Positions 1 through 9,410 are shown, counted from the first letter of the stretch. The stretch: 64,000 nt of DNA from Burkholderiales bacterium (GCA_031362865.1 JANLTH010000125.1:3226-67225); one strand, 5' to 3'. The notes: generated from the sequence alone by a model not told the origin. Translations and numbers: made by a program.

Positions 1-146
1 AACACAGTCGCCATGTTCATGTAGAGCGGCAGGCTTCGCCCGGCAACCAAATAGTCTGCGGCGTTGTGCACCCGCCGCGCCGCGAAGAGGCCAATGGCAA
101 TCGTGGCAGTTAAGTAAAGGGTGACGAAGACGGCGAGCGTGGTCAT
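1..146 (-). CDS. Sodium:solute symporter family protein, N-terminal fragment (gene continues beyond the left edge)
   Basis: Manual minus-strand translation from the ATG at 146-144 gives MTTLAVFVTLYLTATIAIGLFAARRVHNAADYLVAGRSLPLYMNMATV. This is a hydrophobic TM1 followed by an AGRS motif typical of SSS-family N-termini. A GGAGG Shine-Dalgarno lies at 157-161 (minus). It is absent from the ORF track only because it is cut by the window edge. Confidence 0.5.
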   Translation of the reverse strand, partial: MTTLAVFVTLYLTATIAIGLFAARRVHNAADYLVAGRSLPLYMNMATV

Positions 147-189
147 GGTACTTTGGCCTCCAGTGAGAGAGATTTACGGTGATCAGAGT

Positions 190-687
190 TTAAAGCGTTC
201 GCGACAGGAAGCGGGTTCCGGGAATTAGGTTGTCGTTGTAGCGCTCAATTTCGGTGAAACCGAGCGACTCGTACAAGGCATGTGAGGCGTTGAGAAATGA
301 AAGCGTGTCGAGCACCATGCGTGCATATCCGCGCGCCCGCGCATCGTCCAGCACGCGCCATGCCAGAGCGCGCCCCAAACCGGTGCCACGGGCTGCGTCG
401 CGCACGTAAAGCCGTTTCATTTCAGCGGCACCGAGAACCGACGGGCACGAACGATAGGCGACGCAGCCCGCGGCAAGGCCATCTGCTGCCACGGCCAGGT
501 AGAGCCCGCCCTGTGCTGCGCATGCGTAGTCTCCGGGGAGAGTCGCCAACTCGTCAGCAAATCCCTGAAAACACAGATCAATGCCCAATTGCGTTTGGTA
601 CTCCATGAACAGCGCCCGCACCGCGCCCAGCCACAATGCCTGATTGTCTGATGTGACATGCACGATCGTGTGCATGGGCGTGTTCAT
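190..687 (-). CDS. GNAT family N-acetyltransferase
   Basis: ORF 190..717. Acetyl-CoA binding core RLYVRDAARGTGLGRAL and C-terminal YESLGF are typical GNAT motifs A/B. The preferred start MNTPMHT (ATG 687-685) overlaps the upstream gene's stop as ATGA. Confidence 0.8.
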   Translation of the reverse strand: MNTPMHTIVHVTSDNQALWLGAVRALFMEYQTQLGIDLCFQGFADELATLPGDYACAAQGGLYLAVAADGLAAGCVAYRSCPSVLGAAEMKRLYVRDAARGTGLGRALAWRVLDDARARGYARMVLDTLSFLNASHALYESLGFTEIERYNDNLIPGTRFLSRTL

Positions 688-1349
688 GGCTGTCTTACGG
701 CGGTAGCGCAGGCGCACCAGAAGTGCTGCGTGAACTCCACGTCAACCACCTGGGCATACGCGGCCAAACTGGCGCGCAACTGCTCCGTATTCGGGAAATT
801 CTTCAATACTTCATGCACACTCCCATCGCCGAGCCGACGTTGCTGATAGGTGTTGCCCGCCGCATCCGTGCGGGAAATCGGGGTGCTGGAACCTTCTGCG
901 AAAGCGTTGTCGATGAAGAGCCAAGTGGCGCGCGGCTCTACAGCCATCATGCCTTGAAGAAAGCCGTCCAGAGCGGTTCTTGAGACATGCGACCACCAAA
1001 AATGCGCCATCACGACATCGTAGGGCCCGTGCGCACCAGGGCTTGGCGCGAGCGCATCACCGATGGCGAAATGCACGCTCGCAGGCAAGCCTTTGCTGCG
1101 GGCCACCTGCAGCGTTTCCTCGTTCACATCGAAGGCATCAATCGCCTTGGCATGGGGCGCGGCAACCGCCGTCCAGTAGCCCGTCCCGCAGGCCAGTTCG
1201 AGTACCCGTTTGCCATGGGTATGCCTGAAAATCCAATCGCGCAGGGTTGCCAGCTCAGCCCGGCGTTCCGGTTTGGCGTAAATCGCCTCGTATTCGCGAG
1301 CGCGACGGGCGTAGTAGATTTCCAATGAGTCGGGCGTCGCACTGAGCAT
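684..1349 (-). CDS. Class I SAM-dependent methyltransferase
   Basis: 221-aa ORF with SAM-binding motif I VLELACGTGYWT and a downstream acidic loop (IDAFDV). The stop overlaps the GNAT start, indicating translational coupling. Confidence 0.8.
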   Translation of the reverse strand: MLSATPDSLEIYYARRAREYEAIYAKPERRAELATLRDWIFRHTHGKRVLELACGTGYWTAVAAPHAKAIDAFDVNEETLQVARSKGLPASVHFAIGDALAPSPGAHGPYDVVMAHFWWSHVSRTALDGFLQGMMAVEPRATWLFIDNAFAEGSSTPISRTDAAGNTYQQRRLGDGSVHEVLKNFPNTEQLRASLAAYAQVVDVEFTQHFWCACATAVRQP

Positions 1350-1568
1350 GCGGGGATTTTTCCACGTGATGCCGTGATGGTCAAATCTTCACATGCAAAT
1401 ACAAATATAAATGCAAATGTGGATTGGTCTCGGTCGCGGTCTGGTTGGCCGCCCCATTAGGCCGTCGCCGGATTCCCCAGGCGACGATGCTTGCCGCAAG
1501 AGCCAGAGCAGGCGCGGCTCTTCAGCGGCCGGTCAGTCGAATTGTGGTAGGGGCGAGCACTTCGAGCC

Positions 1569-1600
1569 GCCTCCGCCTGCCAATTTGCGCAGGCGGAGGC
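1569..1600 (-). terminator. Perfect 12-bp GC-rich hairpin downstream of the reductase gene (no U-tract)
   Basis: GCCTCCGCCTGC-caatttgc-GCAGGCGGAGGC lies 23 nt downstream of the stop at 1623. There is no T-run on either strand, so intrinsic-terminator function is uncertain. Confidence 0.35.
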
Positions 1601-1622
1601 GCTAAGGTAGCACTGTCGCAGG

Positions 1623-3632
1623 CTAGAAATGCACGCCTTTGAGCATCTGCTGAAACGCCATTTGCTCAGGCGATGGCGCTGAAGGCTTGCCGTCCTTACC
1701 TTTGGCGGCATCAGAATCGGCAAACATCCTAAAGCTGGTGTTCATCACGATTTGCGCTACGCGCGGCAGCAGGGCGTGGAGCACTTCACCCGCGATTCCT
1801 AAGCGGGTGGCGATCCGGACTGGCTCGTAGACAATCGCCTCAACGATCAGATCGGCCGCTTCTTCCGGCGACAGCGTTGGCACGTTGTTGTAGATCGCGG
1901 TGGGCGCGATCATCGGGGTACGCACAAGCGGCATGTTGATGGTGGTGAATTTCACGCCGGTATCAGCGTACTCCGATGCGGCACAGCGCGTAAACGCATC
2001 GAGCGCCGCTTTGGAGGCGACGTATGCGGAGAAACGCGGCGCATTGGTGAGCACGCCAATCGATGAGATATTGACCACTTGGCCTTTGCGCTTTTTGGTC
2101 ATGCCGGGCAGAAAACCCATCGTCACTCGGAGCGCGCCAAAATAATTCACGTGCATGGTGCGCTCAAAATCGTGGAAGCGGTCGGCGCTGTTTTCAATCG
2201 CACGGCGGATCGAGCGGCCTGCATTGTTGACAAGGATGTCCACGCCGCCATGCTTCTCGATCACCGTCTGCACGAATTTCGCGCAAGCAGCTTCGTCGCC
2301 GACATCGGCTGAATAGATGAACACTTTGCCGCCATGCTTGGCATAGCCCTCGATTTCTTTTTGCGCCAGCGCCAGTTTCTCCGCGTCGCGCGCCACGATC
2401 ACTACAGTGGCACCTGCCGCCACGATCTTGTTGGCAGCGGCCAGGCCGATGCCAGACGAGCCGCCGGTGATGAGCACGGTTTTGCCACGTACCTTGCCAC
2501 GCAGGCTGCGGTCGATTTGCAAATCGGGGTCGAGATGGCGCTCCCAGTAATCCCACAGCCGCCAAGCGTACTCGTCAAGTGGCGGGCAGGCGATACCCGT
2601 GCCCTTAAGCGCTTTTTCGGTCTCGCGCGAATCAAAGCGCGTTGGGTAGTTGACAAATTGCATGATGTCGTCGGGCAGACCCAAATCCTTCATCATCGTG
2701 TCGCGAATCCGGCGCACCGGTTTGAAACCCATCGCGCCTTTTTTGATGCCCTTGGGGATGAAGCCGAGCAGCGCGGCGTTGATACGCATTTCCATGCGCG
2801 GCGCGTGCGCGGCTTTGGCAAAGGTGTTGAGCACATCGCCCACGCGCATCGGCTGCGGGTCGGTCAGGTGAAAGGCGTGGTTGTCGCCCTTCTCCATGTG
2901 CATTAGGTGGTCCATTGCATCGACGACAAAATCGACCGGCACGATATTGATGCGCCCGCCTTCGATGCCAATCGTCGGCATCCACGGGGGCAGCAGCTTG
3001 CGCATCTTCTGAATCAGTTTGAAGAAGTAGTACGGCCCGTCGATCTTGTCCATCTCGCCGGTTTGCGAATCGCCCACCACCAAGCCGGGGCGGTAGACGC
3101 GCCATGGCATTTGCGTTTCGCGGCGGGCAATGCCTTCGGAGTCGTGCTTGGTCTTGAAGTAAGGGTGCTCCATGTTCTCGGCTTCGTCGAACATGTCTTC
3201 GCGCCACACGCCCTCATACAAGCCTGCTGCGGCGATGGAGCTCACGTGATGGAACTTGCCCGCCTTCATCGCGTTGGCCGCGTTCACGGCGTTGCGCGTG
3301 CCGTCGATATTGCCTGCTTGCTGCTCTTCTGCGGTGGCTTTCAAATCGTAGATCGCGGCCAGATGCACGAAGTGGCTGATCTTGCCGGAAAGTTTCTTGA
3401 TTTCGGTAGCGCCCACGCCAAGATTGGCTTGGGTCAGGTCACCAGTGACGGGAATGGCGCGCCTCTCATCGCAGCCCCAATAGGCATAGAGCGCTGCCAG
3501 CTTCTTCTCTGTAGTCTTTGGATTTTTGTCGCCGCGCGAGAGAAAGTAGATCGTAGTTTTGTCGCGTGCAAGTATTTTCTTGACGAGGCGCTTGCCGATA
3601 AAGCCGGTGGCACCGGTGATGAAATAGTTCAT
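1623..3632 (-). CDS. Two-domain fatty acyl-CoA reductase-like protein (N-terminal NAD-binding thioester-reductase/male-sterility domain plus C-terminal classical SDR domain)
   Basis: ORF 1623..3737. The likely start is MNYFITGATGFIGKRL (ATG 3632), which carries a Rossmann GxxGxxG motif. A second Rossmann motif (VLITGGSSGIGLA) and the SDR catalytic YxxxK (YVASKAAL) lie in the C-terminal half. The length (669 aa) and architecture resemble Marinobacter Maqu_2507-type fatty acyl-CoA reductases. Confidence 0.75.
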   Translation of the reverse strand: MNYFITGATGFIGKRLVKKILARDKTTIYFLSRGDKNPKTTEKKLAALYAYWGCDERRAIPVTGDLTQANLGVGATEIKKLSGKISHFVHLAAIYDLKATAEEQQAGNIDGTRNAVNAANAMKAGKFHHVSSIAAAGLYEGVWREDMFDEAENMEHPYFKTKHDSEGIARRETQMPWRVYRPGLVVGDSQTGEMDKIDGPYYFFKLIQKMRKLLPPWMPTIGIEGGRINIVPVDFVVDAMDHLMHMEKGDNHAFHLTDPQPMRVGDVLNTFAKAAHAPRMEMRINAALLGFIPKGIKKGAMGFKPVRRIRDTMMKDLGLPDDIMQFVNYPTRFDSRETEKALKGTGIACPPLDEYAWRLWDYWERHLDPDLQIDRSLRGKVRGKTVLITGGSSGIGLAAANKIVAAGATVVIVARDAEKLALAQKEIEGYAKHGGKVFIYSADVGDEAACAKFVQTVIEKHGGVDILVNNAGRSIRRAIENSADRFHDFERTMHVNYFGALRVTMGFLPGMTKKRKGQVVNISSIGVLTNAPRFSAYVASKAALDAFTRCAASEYADTGVKFTTINMPLVRTPMIAPTAIYNNVPTLSPEEAADLIVEAIVYEPVRIATRLGIAGEVLHALLPRVAQIVMNTSFRMFADSDAAKGKDGKPSAPSPEQMAFQQMLKGVHF

Positions 3633-3709
3633 GACTGTCTCCGAGATGAAGTTCTGGATGGCGCTGCGAGGAAGGATCTTCTCAACCATAGTGTAGAGCA
3701 AATTAGAAT

Positions 3710-4327
3710 TTGTGCATGATCGTGAACCTGACTGCACCCAAAACCCTGATCGACTCGTTGCACACCGGCGACATCGTGCTCTTCTCTGGAAAGAGTGGCA
3801 CGTCTACCGGGATCAAGTGGATGACGATGTCAAACTGGTCGCATGCCGGGCTCGTGGTGCGCGAAGGCGCTGGCGCGCCCCTGCTCTGGGAATCGACCAC
3901 GCTGGACGATCTTCGTGATCGTGCCACCGGCACTTTTCGCCAGGGCGTGCAATTGGTGTCTCTGGCCGAGCGGGTGGCAAACTACGACGGCGAGGTGATC
4001 GCGCGACGTTTGCAGGGCGTGAGTTTTTCGAAAGAAGACCTAAAGCGCTTTGCGCAACTGCGCGAAACCCTCCAAGGCCGCCCGTATGAAATTTCCACGG
4101 TCGAGACTCTCAAGGCCGCTTACGACGGCCCAGGCGGGCACAACGAAGAACATTTGACCAGCCTTTTTTGCAGTGAGCTGGTAGCCGAGGCGTATCAATC
4201 GCTTGGCCTGCTCAGCGAGGCGCAACCCTCAAACGAGTACATCCCCACCGATTTCTCAGTAAAGCACTACAACCTGACGTTGCTGCACGGGCGTCTGGGC
4301 GAAGAACTGGTGCTCAAGGTCGCCTGA
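3710..4327 (+). CDS. YiiX/YaeF-like permuted papain-fold (NlpC/P60 superfamily) hydrolase
   Basis: 205-aa ORF with GDIVLFSG...WSHAGLVV (His) followed much later by LFCSELVAEAY (Cys). This is the His-before-Cys order of the permuted C92/YiiX family. It is divergent from the reductase gene. Confidence 0.6.
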   Translation: MCMIVNLTAPKTLIDSLHTGDIVLFSGKSGTSTGIKWMTMSNWSHAGLVVREGAGAPLLWESTTLDDLRDRATGTFRQGVQLVSLAERVANYDGEVIARRLQGVSFSKEDLKRFAQLRETLQGRPYEISTVETLKAAYDGPGGHNEEHLTSLFCSELVAEAYQSLGLLSEAQPSNEYIPTDFSVKHYNLTLLHGRLGEELVLKVA

Positions 4328-4337
4328 AGAAGCGCGC

Positions 4338-5192
4338 CTACTTTGCTTGTGCGCTGCGGCCAAGGCTACCCGCCAGCACAATGCCCGCGCAAACCGCCGC
4401 GACCGCCACCACGCCGGTGACACCAGGGCTCTCGCGTAAGAGCAGCCAGCCTCCCGCAGCTGAAAGCAGTGGCACGACCGCGCCTGAGAGTGCGGCCCGT
4501 GCAGCGCCCAAGTGGCGAATCGCGACGCTATAGAGCACCAGTCCGGCAAGGCCAGCCAGCAGGCTTTGTGCAAGCACCTGGACTGCAATGTCATGCCAGC
4601 TCGCCGTGTGGAATTTTGGTACGCCGAGCAGTAGCACCAGTGGCAGCAACAGCGAGGCTGACCACGCATTGACCAGCGCGACGCTTTGCCAAGGGGTCAA
4701 GCCCGCATCGCGCAGTGCCAGTGTATAGGCCGCCCAAAACACGGCCGCAACCAGAAAGATCAAGTCACCGCGCCAGGCGCCAGAGGTGATCGTGTCAGCG
4801 CCAAAACTGCTGCCGACTACGGTGGCGATACCAGCGAAGATGATCGCAAATCCGGCCATTCGGGTGCGCCCGAGCTGGTCGCCAAATACCCCCCATGCGC
4901 CTAACGCCACAAATAGTGGCATTGTTCCTGGCAGGAGCACGCCCATGTGCATCACTGGCGCGAATTGCGCCCCAGCAAAGGCCAGCATGCCGAAGGGCAA
5001 ACCGCCTCCCAGTACGATCAGGGCCAAGCGCCCTTTGCCTAAGCCCGATGGAAACAGCCCTGTTTTGTACGCCAACGGCAGTAATAGCAAGCTGGGGCCA
5101 ACGTAGCGCAGTACCGCCAGCTCTAGTGGCCCAAGCGAGGTGGTCACGGCATGCCGCGAGGCGACTTGCCAAGTAGCACCGACCAGCGCCAT
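4338..5192 (-). CDS. DMT superfamily (EamA-like) transporter
   Basis: Polytopic hydrophobic ORF with two EamA-like halves. The upstream ATG at 5444 would overlap the araC-family gene by 131 nt, so I place the start at ATG 5192 (MALVGATW). The first TM helix seems to begin a few codons earlier, so a non-ATG start upstream is possible. Confidence 0.7.
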   Translation of the reverse strand: MALVGATWQVASRHAVTTSLGPLELAVLRYVGPSLLLLPLAYKTGLFPSGLGKGRLALIVLGGGLPFGMLAFAGAQFAPVMHMGVLLPGTMPLFVALGAWGVFGDQLGRTRMAGFAIIFAGIATVVGSSFGADTITSGAWRGDLIFLVAAVFWAAYTLALRDAGLTPWQSVALVNAWSASLLLPLVLLLGVPKFHTASWHDIAVQVLAQSLLAGLAGLVLYSVAIRHLGAARAALSGAVVPLLSAAGGWLLLRESPGVTGVVAVAAVCAGIVLAGSLGRSAQAK

Positions 5193-5313
5193 GGCGAGCG
5201 CGGCAATCAGTCCCAGTGGCAGGTTGGGGCGGTCCGCGAGGGGCGGTTTGGCAGAAATAAGAGACGTTCCAATGTGAAGATTCCGGTGGATCGGAGTCCT
5301 GACCGGATTGTCG

Positions 5314-6126
5314 TCAGTCGGAGTACGCCGCGCTTTCAGATTCTTGCTGCATTGCGCGCCGCAGCGCCGAGGGACTGATGCCGAAATGGGTGCGAAATGC
5401 CGTGCTGAAATGGCTCGGCGAGGCAAATCCCGCATCCAGTGCAATCGTGCTCAACGTTCGTACACTTTGGCCGACTTCTCGCAAACTGCGCACTAGTCGC
5501 AGGTGATTGCGATATTGCTGCAAGCTCCAGCCGGTGGCGCGTCGAAAGCTGCGCGTGAGGTGGTAGCGGGTGCTGTGCGCCTGGCGTGCAAGCTCTGCCA
5601 AGTTGGCAGGTGGCTCAGTATCTGGGCGCGTGAGCACGCGTCGGCAGCGCTCAACAGGCGCGGGGAGCGCCGCGCCGCGTCTGGCGGATTCTGCGGCGCA
5701 GGAGGTAAACAAGTCGAGCGTTACCCGGTCACAGCGCTGCCGAAGGCTGGGGCCACAAAGCGCTTGTGAAATCGCCAGGTGCGTGGATGCCGCAAAAAAA
5801 CTCACGTGCTTGGAGAAATGGCGTGTAGAGGTCTTGTCAAGTGCTTTGAGCGCAAACACCAAGGCTGTGAAGCCGTGCGCGCCCGCCAGTTCCAATCGGT
5901 AAGGCTCGCCGCCATTAATCAAGAGGGTTGCAGCCGTGTCGATCAAAATTTGCTGTCGGTCTATCGAAGCCAGAAAGCTACCCTCAATCGGCAACACCAG
6001 CCGATGCCCGCTTGATCGTTCAGTCACCGTGCTGTCGGACCCATGCAGCGCGCTGGATCGCGTACGTACTCGGGTGATCCGCGCGATTGGCGAATCAAAC
6101 AGGATTTGGGTATCGCGACCGGGCAT
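5314..6126 (-). CDS. AraC family transcriptional regulator
   Basis: C-terminal double HTH: LAELARQAHSTRYHLTRSFRRATGWSLQQY...IALDAGFASPSHFSTAFRTHFGISPS. The start is chosen at MPGRD (ATG 6126), downstream of the neighbouring gene's stop. Confidence 0.8.
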   Translation of the reverse strand: MPGRDTQILFDSPIARITRVRTRSSALHGSDSTVTERSSGHRLVLPIEGSFLASIDRQQILIDTAATLLINGGEPYRLELAGAHGFTALVFALKALDKTSTRHFSKHVSFFAASTHLAISQALCGPSLRQRCDRVTLDLFTSCAAESARRGAALPAPVERCRRVLTRPDTEPPANLAELARQAHSTRYHLTRSFRRATGWSLQQYRNHLRLVRSLREVGQSVRTLSTIALDAGFASPSHFSTAFRTHFGISPSALRRAMQQESESAAYSD

Positions 6127-6163
6127 GTGGAACGTTGGGTGGCTTGGCGCGGCGACGAGAAGC

Positions 6164-6898
6164 TTATTTACCCAGCGCACCGAACACTTTTTTGACGATG
6201 TCGGTGGTGGCACCCACCGGATTTTGGCGCAGCTTGGCTTCTTGCTCTCCCATGATCAGATAGAGGCCGTCCAGCGCTTTGGCAGTGACCCACTTCTCGA
6301 CATTGACCGCATCGCCTTGCAACAGCTTGAGCTTCTCGGCCTGGCCTGCGTACTCGTTGTATTTTTGGGCCAAGCCAACTTTCTCGGTGGCTTTTTTCAC
6401 AATCGGCAAAAATTTGCCTTGCAGAGGCGTTTTGGTTTTGCCTTTGAAGTATTCCGTGCCGGCAGTTTGCCCGCCGGTGAGGATATTTTTTGCATCGGTC
6501 ACACTCATGGTTTTGACGGCGTCTACCAGCAGCGTTTGCGCTTCGGGCACGGCTGCTTCGGCGGCGCGATTCATTGCTAGCTCAAGCTCATCAACTTGTT
6601 TTTTCATGCCCAGCATCTTCATCGTTTTCGCGGCTTTTTCGAGGTAGCCCGGCAATGGGATGCGTACTTTGGCGTTATTCATAAAGCCGTTTTCCACACC
6701 CAGCAGCTTGACCGCCGAGATGGAACTTTCGCTTAAGGCCCCTTTCAAACCGGCGGTCGCGTCGGCTTTGCTCAGGTCGCTCAGCGAGATTGCGTGCGCC
6801 TGCGGAGCGAATGCAATGCCAAATGCACCGAACGCACCGGCAAGCGCAAGCGATAATTGGCGACGCGGTAACGAAGCGATGGGGTTAGTCGGATTCAT
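6164..6898 (-). CDS. DUF4197 domain-containing secreted protein
   Basis: Start MNPTNPIASLPRRQLSLALAGAFGAFGIAFAPQAHA is a signal peptide with an RR motif. The body matches the DUF4197 pattern (GLKGAL...VRIPLP...MNRAAEAAVP...DAKNILTGG). A GAGGAA SD precedes ATG 6898. Confidence 0.7.
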   Translation of the reverse strand: MNPTNPIASLPRRQLSLALAGAFGAFGIAFAPQAHAISLSDLSKADATAGLKGALSESSISAVKLLGVENGFMNNAKVRIPLPGYLEKAAKTMKMLGMKKQVDELELAMNRAAEAAVPEAQTLLVDAVKTMSVTDAKNILTGGQTAGTEYFKGKTKTPLQGKFLPIVKKATEKVGLAQKYNEYAGQAEKLKLLQGDAVNVEKWVTAKALDGLYLIMGEQEAKLRQNPVGATTDIVKKVFGALGK

Positions 6899-6931
6899 GG
6901 AATTAGTTCCTCTATTTAACGGGGTGAAAAT

Positions 6932-7432
6932 TTGAAGCTCAAGCTTACCTTGTTGGCGGGCGTTCTGGCAATCGCGACTGCCGGCGGTGCCTATGTGTTC
7001 ACGCGCGTGCCGCAAGCGCCGCAAGTGACCTTCAAAACCATTGCAGGCGAAGCGATCACCACAGCACAGCTCAAAGGCAAAGTCACTTTGATTAACTTTT
7101 GGGCGACCTCCTGCGTGACCTGCGTAGCTGAAATGCCCAAGATCGTGCAGACCCATGAGAAATTTCGGGCGCGCGGCTTTGAGACGATTGCCGTGGCGAT
7201 GCAATACGACCCGCCCAATTATGTTCTCAAGTTTGCCGAAACCCGCAAACTGCCCTTCAAGGTGGCGCTGGATGTGGACGGTTCAGTGGCGCGCGGCTTT
7301 GATGGGGTGCGGCTGACCCCCACCACCTTTATTGTCGACAAGCAGGGGCGCATCATCAAGCAGTTTCTAGGCGAACCGAAATGGGATGACCTGTATGCGC
7401 TGTTGGAGAAGGCACTGGCCGAGCCCGGTTGA
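6932..7432 (+). CDS. TlpA/ResA-family thiol:disulfide oxidoreductase (thioredoxin fold)
   Basis: N-terminal membrane anchor and redox motif WATSCVTCVAEMP (CxxC). TTG start preceded by GGGGTGA. Confidence 0.8.
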   Translation: MKLKLTLLAGVLAIATAGGAYVFTRVPQAPQVTFKTIAGEAITTAQLKGKVTLINFWATSCVTCVAEMPKIVQTHEKFRARGFETIAVAMQYDPPNYVLKFAETRKLPFKVALDVDGSVARGFDGVRLTPTTFIVDKQGRIIKQFLGEPKWDDLYALLEKALAEPG

Positions 7433-7448
7433 CGACAAGAAAATCAAA

Positions 7449-7478
7449 GAAAAAACCCGCCAACCGGCGGGTTTTTTC
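7449..7478. terminator. Bidirectional rho-independent terminator between convergent tlpA-like and amtB genes
   Basis: AAAAAAA-CCCGCC-aacc-GGCGGG-TTTTTT: a GC stem flanked by an A-run and a T-run. Confidence 0.8.
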
Positions 7479-7493
7479 TTGAATCGATGCAGC

Positions 7494-9011
7494 TTAATGA
7501 TGATATGCCGTCTCGCCATGCGAGCTGACGTCAAGCCCTTCACGTTCCTCCTCTTCAGTGACGCGCAGGCCGATCACTGCTTTGATGATCTTCAGTGCGA
7601 CATAAGAGACCACTGCAGACAGAACCACTGCCACCATCACCGCCTGGCACTGTACCCAAATCTGTGCGCCCATGTCGTAGCTCTCAGCAGCAGTGCCCTT
7701 GATCCAGTCAATCGTGCCCGTGCCGCCAAGCGAGGGAGCGGTGAAAATGCCGGTGGCAATCGCGCCCCAGATGCCGCCCAAGCCGTGTACGCCGAACACA
7801 TCGAGCGCGTCGTCGGCGCCGAGCATACGCTTCAAGCCCGAAACACCCCACAGGCACAGGGCGCCAGAAACCGCACCAATGATGAGCGCACCCTTGATGC
7901 CGACCGAGCCGCACGCCGGCGTGATCGCCACCAAGCCGGCAACCGCGCCAGAAGCTGCTCCAAGCATCGAAGGCTTCCCTTTCAATACGTTCTCAAGGAA
8001 GAGCCAGGACAAGGTTGCGGCAGCAGTGGCTACCAGCGTATTGACGAAGGCGAGCGAGGCTGTGCCGTTGGCTTCCAAGTTGGAGCCTACGTTGAAACCG
8101 AACCAGCCGATCCACAGCAGGCAGGCACCGATCATCGTCATCGTCAGGCTGTGCGGGGTCATGGCTTCACGGCCGTAGCCGATTCGCTTGCCAACCACAA
8201 AAGCGGCAACCAAACCAGCGACCCCCGCGTTGATGTGCACCACCGTACCGCCGGCGAAGTCAAGCGCACCCTTGGCCCAGAGCCAACCGGCGCTGGCGGT
8301 CACGCTGTCGAGCGTGGCTTTGTCTTTGATCGCGTCCGGGCCGTCCCAGAACCACACCATATGCGCCATCGGCAAGTAGGCAAAGGTGAACCAGAGCACC
8401 ATGAACCAAAGCACTGCCGAGAATTTCATGCGCTCGGCAAAGGCTCCGACGATTAGCGCAGGGGTGATGCAGGCAAAGGTCAGCTGGAACAGGGCAAACA
8501 TCATTTCAGGGATGTAGACCCCTTTGGAAAAGGTTGCGCCGCCAGTGGACAGATCGACACCAGTGAGGAATGTTTTTGACAACCCACCGATGAACTGCCC
8601 GCCGCCGGTAAATGCCAGGCTGTAGCCGTAGACGACCCAGAGAATCGAGATCACGCAGAAGGTCACGAAAACCTGCATCAACACCGAAAGCATGTTCTTG
8701 GAGCGCACCAAGCCGCCATAGAAGAGCGCCAAGCCCGGGATGGTCATCAAAATCACGAGAATCGTGGCGATGTACATGAAAGTGATATCGCCCTTATTCG
8801 GGTCTGGCAGTTTGGCTGGCGCTGCTGCGGCGGGAGCGGCTGCTGCTGTACTGGCCGCAGCGCTTGCCTTGGCGGCATCCGCCGAGGCAGCGGCGGCAGG
8901 AGCCGCTACTGGCGCAGCAGTTGCCGCAGGCGCAGCCTTGTCTTGCGCAAACGAGGTGGTAACAAGTGCGCTGGACAGTGACAGCGCGATGAGAACGAGC
9001 CATTTTTTCAT
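7494..9011 (-). CDS. amtB: Ammonium transporter AmtB
   Basis: 505-aa ORF with Amt signatures (DFAGGTVVHINAG, FGFNVGS, DDALDVFGVHGLGG). It lies 18 nt downstream of glnK. Confidence 0.95.
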   Translation of the reverse strand: MKKWLVLIALSLSSALVTTSFAQDKAAPAATAAPVAAPAAAASADAAKASAAASTAAAAPAAAAPAKLPDPNKGDITFMYIATILVILMTIPGLALFYGGLVRSKNMLSVLMQVFVTFCVISILWVVYGYSLAFTGGGQFIGGLSKTFLTGVDLSTGGATFSKGVYIPEMMFALFQLTFACITPALIVGAFAERMKFSAVLWFMVLWFTFAYLPMAHMVWFWDGPDAIKDKATLDSVTASAGWLWAKGALDFAGGTVVHINAGVAGLVAAFVVGKRIGYGREAMTPHSLTMTMIGACLLWIGWFGFNVGSNLEANGTASLAFVNTLVATAAATLSWLFLENVLKGKPSMLGAASGAVAGLVAITPACGSVGIKGALIIGAVSGALCLWGVSGLKRMLGADDALDVFGVHGLGGIWGAIATGIFTAPSLGGTGTIDWIKGTAAESYDMGAQIWVQCQAVMVAVVLSAVVSYVALKIIKAVIGLRVTEEEEREGLDVSSHGETAYHH

Positions 9012-9029
9012 GATGTTTTCTCCCTTGGT

Positions 9030-9401
<372 letters not shown>

Positions 9402-9410
9402 TTACCCTCC

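Noticed and set aside
1411-1642. ORFs 1411..1605 and 1424..1642 in the intergenic region between the methyltransferase and reductase genes.
   Set aside because: The translations are Arg/Gly/Pro-rich with no motifs, and they overlap the hairpin at 1569-1600. The region is better explained as a non-coding promoter/terminator region.
7386-8456. Long ORFs antisense to clearly identified genes. Examples: 7386..8456 opposite amtB, 37290..38570 opposite the SDR, 53490..54401 opposite ribD, 32921..34051 opposite pepN, 61191..62342 opposite uvrC, 12688..13506 opposite the GGDEF-EAL gene, 22229..23134, and 43509..44396.
   Set aside because: Their translations are Arg/Ala/Pro/Gly-rich low-complexity sequence with no recognisable motifs, and each lies opposite a gene with strong family signatures. 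This is the typical stop-codon-poor antisense frame of high-GC DNA.
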